64,000 nt of DNA from assembly GCA_947478395.1 (NCBI GenBank), contig CANJVR010000001.1:224001-288000 (forward strand). The letters run 5' to 3'. The notes below the pieces were generated by a model, which did no database searches, had not been told where the DNA came from, and saw only the letters and a list, made by a program, of their open reading frames with translations. Position numbers and translations under genes: made by a program. The stretch's first letter is position 1. Each line of letters opens with the position of its first letter. The DNA comes from Opitutia bacterium. GTDB lineage: Bacteria; Verrucomicrobiota; Verrucomicrobiia; Opitutales; Opitutaceae. Below are positions 7,104-14,307 of this stretch, piece by piece.

Positions 7104-7678
7104 TCTTTTTCTGCTTTTCGAATAATCATGATGCGCTGCAGAGCGATCGCCTGATCAAAATGATCGCTATTCTCGACCAACGATTGAAGAGCGTAGGCGC
7201 TCTCCGAACAGTCGGCGATCGCGAATAAAATAAAACCCCACGAAACGCTTAGACTAAAGAAAACGTAATAGCTATGGAGGCCTGCGAAAATCCATGAGGC
7301 TACAAAAGCGATCAGAAGATATGATCCAACTGAGTTCTGCTTTCTTGGATCAAACTGAAGACGGGCTGCGATACGGATCCCTATCGCTGATCCCGCAATA
7401 CCAAATAGAAGCCACCAATCGCGCCTGTGCAGTGCCCATAGAGAAATAAAAACTGTCGGAACGACGAGATAAAGTAGCACCAAAGCGCCGAAGATTTTTC
7501 GCCGAAACCCTCTAATCAAATGACTAGGCTCTCCAATAACACATCTAAAACCCATTGTTCGACGCTGCACGCCGGTCACAAATTCAGCGTGGGTAACGCC
7601 CCGATTCGCGTTCGCGATGCTTACTTCTTGAATCTTATTAAACTCCGATAAGAAAGCGGCGTGAGCTTGGTCGTTCAT
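7052..7678 (-). CDS. Cassette 3: four-TM membrane protein, reads through attC
   Basis: ATG at 7678; hydrophobic core; tail EPNQTPEPTAPSGRGSS. Confidence 0.75.
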   Translation of the reverse strand: MNDQAHAAFLSEFNKIQEVSIANANRGVTHAEFVTGVQRRTMGFRCVIGEPSHLIRGFRRKIFGALVLLYLVVPTVFISLWALHRRDWWLLFGIAGSAIGIRIAARLQFDPRKQNSVGSYLLIAFVASWIFAGLHSYYVFFSLSVSWGFILFAIADCSESAYALQSLVENSDHFDQAIALQRIMIIRKAEKEPNQTPEPTAPSGRGSS

Positions 7679-7688
7679 GGTCGGTTTT

Positions 7689-7749
7689 GCCCAACGTTCA
7701 AAATGAGCCACGGCCGGCTGCGGCCGTTGGCTCTGGCGTCTGGTTGAGC
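7689..7749 (-). repeat. attC site 15 (loop B)
   Basis: GCCCAAC...GTTGAGC, 61 bp. Confidence 0.93.
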
Positions 7750-7756
7750 TCTTTTT

Positions 7757-8296
7757 TCATCCGAGATTGTAGGGACGCTCTTTCTTCGCCGCGAACTCCC
7801 TCAAAAACTCCCGATCCGCATCTGTACCCGAAACAGTCATGCCCACGCCCTGCTTGATCTGCTCTTGCTCGATGAGATAGACCCGGTCACGAACGCGCTC
7901 ACTCAGATCTGCTAACGAAAACACCACGTCCTTCGCGTCGTCGTATGTGACCGAGCAAAGCAGATAGCGGTGAATGGCCTTATTCCTCTGACCGTAAGCG
8001 ACGGACAAATCATCGAAGAGAGACTGATCGATGACGCCCTCAGCCAATGCGCACTTATAAATCTCACGCTCGGGAATCATCGGATCGCCGTCTTCTTGTT
8101 TGACGAGGCGTTCGTCGATCTCAGAAGAGCGCTTTTTCAACTGTGCCTGTAGGACGAGACCCGTGCGTAACAGGCCATCAATCAAATTCGCTTGGATGAC
8201 GATGCACTCCAGGGCGGCGCGCTTCTCGAAAGCGACATTCAAGAGATGGGCGGCAGCGGCAAAGCCCTGAAGGAATCGTGAGAACGAAGGAGGCAT
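7757..8296 (-). CDS. Cassette 2: hypothetical protein, putative HEPN domain
   Basis: Helical-looking protein with RNKAIH (Rx4H) motif and upstream LECIVIQANLIDGLLR helix. Confidence 0.65.
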   Translation of the reverse strand: MPPSFSRFLQGFAAAAHLLNVAFEKRAALECIVIQANLIDGLLRTGLVLQAQLKKRSSEIDERLVKQEDGDPMIPEREIYKCALAEGVIDQSLFDDLSVAYGQRNKAIHRYLLCSVTYDDAKDVVFSLADLSERVRDRVYLIEQEQIKQGVGMTVSGTDADREFLREFAAKKERPYNLG

Positions 8297-8302
8297 TTCT
8301 TT

Positions 8303-8363
8303 GCCCAACGTTCAAGATGAGCCACGGCCGCTCGGGGCCGTTGGCTCTGGCGTCTGGTTCGGC
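8303..8363 (-). repeat. attC site 16 (loop A)
   Basis: GCCCAAC...GTTCGGC, 61 bp. Confidence 0.93.
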
Positions 8364-8367
8364 TCTT

Positions 8368-8829
8368 TTAACGACATATGCTGCTGCAGAGTCCTGCTTC
8401 CTTTAGTTTCCGGCGAATGATCGCCTTCATAAGAGAGACGGCAAGATTGAGCTCCGCGTCTCCGACCTGGTGGTCAATGAGCTTATCTTCCAAGTGACAA
8501 ACGCATCTATTTGCGGCGACCAGAACTTTCCACAACGCCTCACAATCTTCGTCGGTAGCAGGCAGGAGGATGGCCCGGACTTTGCACCTGAACTGCGGCG
8601 TGGATGGCTGTAGAGTAGTCCACTTCACGGTGTGAATGCTAATCGAGAACCGCTCACACAACGCGCGACATGTGGCTATTGCGGCGTCCATACATCCGCG
8701 GTAAATCCTACCTTCTTTGTCGTGTCCGACGGCGCTTTTGTAGTCGGCCACATCAGCAAATGACTCCAGGACACACCAGCGATGGTCGAGATGGGGGACT
8801 TCGTCAGCTGAGATTTTACTCTTCTTCAT
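8368..8829 (-). CDS. Cassette 1: hypothetical protein, possible divergent HEPN-like fold
   Basis: 153 aa, DAAIATCRAL helix and ANRCVCHL motif. Confidence 0.6.
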   Translation of the reverse strand: MKKSKISADEVPHLDHRWCVLESFADVADYKSAVGHDKEGRIYRGCMDAAIATCRALCERFSISIHTVKWTTLQPSTPQFRCKVRAILLPATDEDCEALWKVLVAANRCVCHLEDKLIDHQVGDAELNLAVSLMKAIIRRKLKEAGLCSSICR

Positions 8830-8835
8830 GTCTTT

Positions 8836-8875
8836 GCCGAACAGTGTTATTCACCCGAACTAGGTTTGTTACTGC
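8836..8875 (-). other. Putative attI recombination site
   Basis: Minus strand cagTAACaaacctaGTTCGGGtgaaTAACactGTTCGGC; core GTTCGGC is complementary to R'' of attC16 and lacks the rest of an attC. Confidence 0.7.
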
Positions 8876-9204
8876 TACACAGCGGTGAAAGGCGGGGGAC
8901 GCTAGGCATGATGTTCTTTATGACCGTGTCCGCGCGCTGGATTACTCTTCCTCCCAGTTGAAGCGCCGCTGCCGCGAGCCAGACGCGCGCGGGTATCGCA
9001 AGCAACCTCAATGCCGAAAAGAACGGCCGCCGCTTTCGTTTTTTAAATCGGGTCAGTACGTACGATCAAATCGAACGGACTGCTCGCGCCGGTTTTGGGG
9101 TTTGAGTTGGGGGTGCGGCGAGGGGGCGCGGGGTGCGGAAGGGCATCGCGCTGCGGCACTCCCGAACAGGGGGCTGGGCTGGGCGGACGTAGGAAAGCTG
9201 AGGC

Positions 9205-9230
9205 CGGCAGGCAGGGACGCCTGCCGCTAC
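9205..9230. repeat. Solo half of GTAG-type REP
   Basis: cggcaggcagggacgcctgccgctac, same arm as at 25525, 49766 and 63186. Confidence 0.8.
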
Positions 9231-9321
9231 GTAGAGCGGGGACGGAGACACGCTCACCGCTCAAAAATTGCAGGGACGCGCCGGTTGAATACTCAGCCCA
9301 CGTCCAGCGGGCGGGCTTACG

Positions 9322-10926
9322 TCACTTCGCGGCTAGACCGGGGGCGGCGCGGAAGGTCGCGAGACACGCGCCACTCGTCGTGTCCCAAATGCGGACTTCA
9401 CCGTCGTAACCGGCCGTCACGAGTCGGTTCGCGGCGGCATCGCAATCGAGCGCATAAACCCAGTCGTGATGGCCGACGTAGGCCCGGATTTCTTTCATCG
9501 TCGCGAGATCAAATTGTTTCACCCCGCCATCGGCCGAGGCGGCGAACACCTGGCCACCGCTCACCGCCAGCGCGAACACTTCCTGCTTGAAGCCGTGCTC
9601 CAGGTAACGCGCGTGACCCTTTTTCGCGAAACGGTTTTCCATGTCGGCGGCCGTGCCATTTTCGTCGCGGGCTTTTTCCGGCTCCCAGATTTGAATCCAC
9701 GCGCCTTTCCCGGCGCTCACCGCCACGGCGGGATCGGCGGTGAACTTCACGTTGTACACCGGATTTTGGCCCGCGTACGTCCCGATCATTTGATTGTGGC
9801 CGTTATAGGCGGTGAAGAGTTCGCCGGTTTCCTCCGCGTAGATTTTCACGGTCTTGTCCTTGCTCGCGCTCGCGACGAAACGGTTGTCGGCGCTGAAACT
9901 CACGCCGGTCACCCAGTCGGAGTGCAACTTCATGTTCCAGAGGCGACGGCCATCAGCCGCATCGTACACGCGCACGGTTTGGTCGGCCGCGCCGGCGGCG
10001 ATACGCTGGCCGTCGGCGCGAAAAACAGCGGAAAGCACCACGTCGTCAAAGGTATCGAGCACGCGGATTTTCTGCCCGCTGGCGGCGTCGAGGAGCGTGA
10101 GTTCGCCGTAATCGCCGGGCGTGCCGCCGCCGACGAGCAGCTGGCGTCCGTCGTGACTGAACGCGAGCGTCTGGATGCGTTGCGGGAGATGTCCGAGGCG
10201 ACGCGCGAGCCGGCCGGTGGTCGTGTCCCAGATGGTGACTTCGTGATAACCGCCGACGGCGACTTCACGGCCGCCGGGCGCGAGGGCGACGGCGAGCACG
10301 GGGACGGAGAGACGGTAGACGTCGGGCGCGGCGGGGTGTTCGCGCGGGCCGAGCATTGATTTCAAGGCGAGCTTGCGATCGGGGCCGTCGAATTTCGCGC
10401 CCTGCTCGATCCAGTTTTTGACGAGTGCGATTTGCGCCGGGGTCAGGGCATCGTCTTCGAACGGCATGCGTTCGTCTTCGGCGGTCGCGGTGATACGGGC
10501 AAAAAATTCGGATTTGTCCGCGTGGCCCGGCTCGATCGCGGCGCCGTTGGAGCCGCCGCGCATCATCTGCTCGAACGTGTGGAGGCGGAGGCTGCCGGAA
10601 TCCTTGCGCTCGCCGTGGCAGCTGATGCAGCGCTTGACGACGATGGGGGCGACGTCGCGCACGAAACTGACCTCCGCGGCGGGCGCGAGCGGAGCGAGCG
10701 CGGCGGGCGCAAGGACGCCGAGCAGGCGCCGCCAGTTTTGAGTTTTGGGTTTTGAGTTTTGAGTTGGCGCGCGCGGGGTCGGAGTTGGGAGTTCCGGGTT
10801 CCGAGTTCCGAATTCCGAGTTCCGGGTTGGAAGGCACTCGCGTTCACCGCGACGCCGAATTCCGAATGCCCAACTCAAAACCCAAAACCCGAAACTCAAA
10901 ACCCCGCCATTCTGATCCGTGTTCAT
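9322..10926 (-). CDS. Planctomycete-type cytochrome c domain plus WD40-repeat protein
   Basis: VSFVRDVAPI..CISCHG, RMP..WIEQGA, then multiple GH..WD-like repeats. Confidence 0.88.
   Translation of the reverse strand: MNTDQNGGVLSFGFWVLSWAFGIRRRGERECLPTRNSEFGTRNPELPTPTPRAPTQNSKPKTQNWRRLLGVLAPAALAPLAPAAEVSFVRDVAPIVVKRCISCHGERKDSGSLRLHTFEQMMRGGSNGAAIEPGHADKSEFFARITATAEDERMPFEDDALTPAQIALVKNWIEQGAKFDGPDRKLALKSMLGPREHPAAPDVYRLSVPVLAVALAPGGREVAVGGYHEVTIWDTTTGRLARRLGHLPQRIQTLAFSHDGRQLLVGGGTPGDYGELTLLDAASGQKIRVLDTFDDVVLSAVFRADGQRIAAGAADQTVRVYDAADGRRLWNMKLHSDWVTGVSFSADNRFVASASKDKTVKIYAEETGELFTAYNGHNQMIGTYAGQNPVYNVKFTADPAVAVSAGKGAWIQIWEPEKARDENGTAADMENRFAKKGHARYLEHGFKQEVFALAVSGGQVFAASADGGVKQFDLATMKEIRAYVGHHDWVYALDCDAAANRLVTAGYDGEVRIWDTTSGACLATFRAAPGLAAK
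10735..10902. repeat. 168-bp palindromic heptamer-repeat element inside CDS N-terminus
   Basis: 32-nt inverted arms (30/32 match) of GTTTTGA-like heptamers with inner GTTCCGA-like heptamers; related hairpins at ~28048-28143 and ~50251-50338. Confidence 0.8.
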
Positions 10927-10935
10927 GGTGGTGGC

Positions 10936-13900
10936 TTAGTGTTGAAACAGAAACTCGCGGGTGTTCAGGACCGACCAGAGCAGGTCCATGACGGCGTCGC
11001 CGCGTTTGGTCGCAGTCGCGATGAAGGTCCGGCCGGACTGGCGTTCCGGGGCGCTGGGAAAGCGCGCGAGGGCGGATAGGTAAAGTTCATCGAGCAATTG
11101 CGCGTCATCGAGCCGGTCGTAAGCGGTCCCGCCGGACGACGCGGCCTGGTGCACCATTGCGCCGTTCAACAATTCCAATGCCTGCAAAAGCGTGGGCGAA
11201 GTCGCCCGTTCGCAGCTGCACGCGGTCTCGCGCTTGGGCTGGCCGAAGGCGACCATGAACGGCATCGACTCCGGATAAGGCCGCTGCGTCGCGTACTCGA
11301 GGTGCTGTTGCTGCGCGGAGAGCCGCTGCTGAATCCCGCGGAATGTTTCATCCATCTCCGGATAAAATCCGTGAATGCTTTCGCGTTCGGCGGCGCTGCG
11401 CTGATCGGCGGGCTTCGCGAGCGCGGCGAAAAGCTGCGGCAAGATCGGCATGGTACTCGCGGCGGCTTCGGGCGCGGCGGCGACAACTGCGGGCACGCCG
11501 GCAACCGGTACCACCGCGGCATCGGCATCCGCGACCACGGCCGCGACGGCTTCGACAGCGGGCGCATCGGATTTCGCCGGCGCGGTGCCCGCGACGGTGG
11601 CGGTGTTGGCCAGCTTCGAACCATCGACGCGGAAACGGAACTGCGCCTCGTCCTGGCGGCTGGTGAATTTCATCACCAGGTTGTTTACGCCTGGTGCGAG
11701 CTCGAGCTGGATCTTGCGCTCGCCCATGAGCGACTGGCGCAGCGCGGGTTTGCCGTTGAGCCAGAGCGGTCCGCTGCCGCGGGCGGTGACTTGGAGCGTG
11801 CGGGCCTCGCGCGAATAAATCTGGCGGGCGAGATAGACGGCGGAATCCTTCGGACAATCGATGGTGTAGATTGGACTCGGATCGTTCCATTCCGGATGCA
11901 TGCGCCAGTGCCGCAGGCCGTCGTCGAATACGGCGGTGAAATCCAACGGGCCCTTTTCCGGACCGAATTCCTGCTCGCGCGACTCCTGCCGATTCGAGCC
12001 GACGAACGGCCCGACCGCATACCAGCTGCCCAGCCACAGGTCGCGCGCGGCGACGTCGGCCGTGGCGCGTTCCAGCCAGGTGGGGAAATCTTTTTCCAAC
12101 GCCGCGCGGCGCTCATCGAGCGCGGTGCGGTTGACCGCGATCTGCTCCGGCAACGCCTCCATCGGCGAAAGCGTGCGGGCGGCGAGGCCGACGGCGTCCT
12201 TGAGTTGCTCGGCCGTCAACAGGCGCGGCCGGGCGTGCGAAAAGAGCAGTTCGTCGGAATCGTTGAACGCGGTGGTTTCGATCGCGCGCTGGTAAGTCTG
12301 GCTGTTGCAGATCAGGCGGACGATCGCTTTGCGGCGGTAGCCGCCTTTCACGAACTCGCGCGCGAGGGCATCGAGGAGCGGACCGTTGGCGGGTGGATTC
12401 GAGGAGCGGAAATCGTCGACGGGATCGACGATGCCGCGGCCGAGCAGGTGCGCCCAAATGCGGTTCACTTCGACGCGGGCGAAGAAAGGATTTTCCGGTG
12501 CGGTCAGCCACGCCGCGAATTGCGGGCGACGATCGGGCGCGGTGTCGATCGCGCCGGCCGGCTCGCCCCACGGACGCACCGCGAGTTTCGTCGTGGGGTG
12601 TTCGGTCTCGCCCGTCGTCGCGAGGCGGACAACACCTTGGTCAACGACGGTGCGCGCGAACACGGCGCCGAGGCTGTAGTAGTCGCGCATCGTCCATTTT
12701 TCGTACGGATGGTTGTGGCACTTCGCGCACTCGAGCCGGGAGCCGAGGAAAAGTTGCGCGGTCATCTCGGTGCGTTCCTGCGCGCCCGGAATCGCGACGA
12801 AGAAATTGGCCTCGGGCACATCGCGCGTATCGCCGGAAGCGGTGAGGAGTTGGCGGGCGAACACGTCGTAGGGCCGATCCTCGCGCTGGGCCGTCACGAG
12901 CCATTCGGAAAACGCCTCGGCGCGGCCGTCCTTCAAGCGCGACTTCGAGACGCGCATCAAGTCGGCTTCCTTCAGCGCCCAGAAACGGGCGAACGCATCG
13001 CCGGCCAGCAACGTGTCGATCAGCTTGGCGCGTTTGTGCGGAGAAGCGTCCGCGATAAAAGCCCGCGCTTCGGCGGCGCCGGGGATCAGGCCGGTGAGAT
13101 CGAGATAAAGGCGGCGGACAAACGTCGCATCGTCGCAGGTGTCGGCCGGCAGGTATTGCAGCTGGCGGAGCTTCGCATTGACCAGCGTGTCGATGAAGTT
13201 TTTCTCGGCGGGCGCCTGCCACGCAAAATTCGGGACATTCTCGATGACGGTGAAATAGACCGACTGCACTTCGGCGAGATAACGCACGCTCACGGCGGCC
13301 TGCCCGCGATGCCGGCCGGTGACGAGGCCCTTCGGGTCGACGGTGGCGATATCCTGGCTCGACGTATCGTAGGTCGCGATCGGAGTGACGTCGCGCACGG
13401 AGCCATCCGAAAAATACGCGAGCACGCTCAGTTGCTGCGTGAGGTATGGCGCGGTCAGGACGCGCTCGGGACCGGGATGCACGACGATGCGCTCGCATTC
13501 GACGGCGGGCAGATCGACGTTGGCGCCCTCGGAGATCCACGTGAGGAGCGTCTGATAAGGTGTCTCGCCGTGGCGGAGCCGTTTGCCGCCGACGTGGGCG
13601 AGCTCCATGAGCGGCTTGCGCAGGAGAAGACTCTCCTCGGGTTGCAAGAGATCGAGGCGCCGGCTGAAACCGTCGCGCGTGAGCGAACGCCGGTCGATGG
13701 TCGGATCGTAGCCGAACAGCGAGAGCGCAAAACCGGCCTTGCCCTGCGGCGAGCCGTGGCACGAGCCGGTGGCGCAGCCCTGCTTGGTGAGGATCGCCAT
13801 CGTCTCAAATTTGAAGAGGACCGGATCGGGCGCGGCGCTGTTGCGCACGGTGGCGGGGACTTGGACGGAGCGGCCGTTCCACGTCACGGTGAGCGAGGCC

Positions 13901-14307
13901 TGACCATCGCCGGCGGCGCTGGCCTGGGCGTGATCGATGTGAACGACCTTTTCGTTGCTGCTGCGAATCTGGGCGAGTGGCGTGACGTCGCGCGCTTCGC
14001 CATCGATCATGGCGGTGACGACCAATTGGCGGGCATCGCGGTGACTGTTGAGCGTGAGCGCCGCGGGATAGACCTCGAGCGGCGCGGAGGGTTTCTGCGC
14101 CGGGAGTTGGGCGTTGTCTCCGGCGGCGGTAGCGGTGAGCGCGAACGTGGCGGCCGAGCAGCAAAGTAGCGCGCGGCGGAACATCGTGCCCAAAGCACGG
14201 GAAAATGGGGATGGGGTGCCCTCACCCCACTTCGAGGTCGCTGGTTGAATCACGTTTTGGGAGGCAAGCGCAGCCCGCCGATAGTTTTCGTTGGCGGCAT
14301 CCATCAT
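10936..14307 (-). CDS. DUF1549/DUF1553 (PSCyt2/PSD1) protein with Ig-like domains
   Basis: GCATGSCHG, FVRRLYLDLTG, LECAKCHNHPYEKW, NRIWAHLLGRGIVDPVDD, WSVLNTREFLFQH; ATG 14307 overlaps upstream TGA (alternative start 14184). Confidence 0.9.
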   Translation of the reverse strand: MMDAANENYRRAALASQNVIQPATSKWGEGTPSPFSRALGTMFRRALLCCSAATFALTATAAGDNAQLPAQKPSAPLEVYPAALTLNSHRDARQLVVTAMIDGEARDVTPLAQIRSSNEKVVHIDHAQASAAGDGQASLTVTWNGRSVQVPATVRNSAAPDPVLFKFETMAILTKQGCATGSCHGSPQGKAGFALSLFGYDPTIDRRSLTRDGFSRRLDLLQPEESLLLRKPLMELAHVGGKRLRHGETPYQTLLTWISEGANVDLPAVECERIVVHPGPERVLTAPYLTQQLSVLAYFSDGSVRDVTPIATYDTSSQDIATVDPKGLVTGRHRGQAAVSVRYLAEVQSVYFTVIENVPNFAWQAPAEKNFIDTLVNAKLRQLQYLPADTCDDATFVRRLYLDLTGLIPGAAEARAFIADASPHKRAKLIDTLLAGDAFARFWALKEADLMRVSKSRLKDGRAEAFSEWLVTAQREDRPYDVFARQLLTASGDTRDVPEANFFVAIPGAQERTEMTAQLFLGSRLECAKCHNHPYEKWTMRDYYSLGAVFARTVVDQGVVRLATTGETEHPTTKLAVRPWGEPAGAIDTAPDRRPQFAAWLTAPENPFFARVEVNRIWAHLLGRGIVDPVDDFRSSNPPANGPLLDALAREFVKGGYRRKAIVRLICNSQTYQRAIETTAFNDSDELLFSHARPRLLTAEQLKDAVGLAARTLSPMEALPEQIAVNRTALDERRAALEKDFPTWLERATADVAARDLWLGSWYAVGPFVGSNRQESREQEFGPEKGPLDFTAVFDDGLRHWRMHPEWNDPSPIYTIDCPKDSAVYLARQIYSREARTLQVTARGSGPLWLNGKPALRQSLMGERKIQLELAPGVNNLVMKFTSRQDEAQFRFRVDGSKLANTATVAGTAPAKSDAPAVEAVAAVVADADAAVVPVAGVPAVVAAAPEAAASTMPILPQLFAALAKPADQRSAAERESIHGFYPEMDETFRGIQQRLSAQQQHLEYATQRPYPESMPFMVAFGQPKRETACSCERATSPTLLQALELLNGAMVHQAASSGGTAYDRLDDAQLLDELYLSALARFPSAPERQSGRTFIATATKRGDAVMDLLWSVLNTREFLFQH

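Larger units (their letters stand above)
609..8860 (-). mobile_element. Integron gene-cassette array (17 cassettes, 16 attC plus 1 remnant, attI-like end, no intI in window)
   Basis: Imperfect palindromes bounded by RYYNAAC...GTTNRRY separate short, mostly co-oriented ORFs; R''/R' boxes of the same cassette are perfectly complementary in 7 cassettes; TA cargo. Confidence 0.93.

Noticed and set aside
935..8363. CRISPR array
   Set aside because: Repeats are ~61 bp, separated by roughly 200-600 bp of whole genes, have attC architecture, and no cas genes are present.
8878..8972. Structured RNA or intI remnant beside attI
   Set aside because: Only an 8-bp closing stem (cagcggtg/cgccgctg) with weak inner pairing and a 17-codon ORF; no integrase motifs.
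11098..14169. 1023-aa + strand ORF and other long overlapping ORFs (14370..15803, 59698..61044, 5' part of 35665..36960)
   Set aside because: Antisense shadows of well-supported genes, as expected in high-GC DNA; no recognisable motifs.
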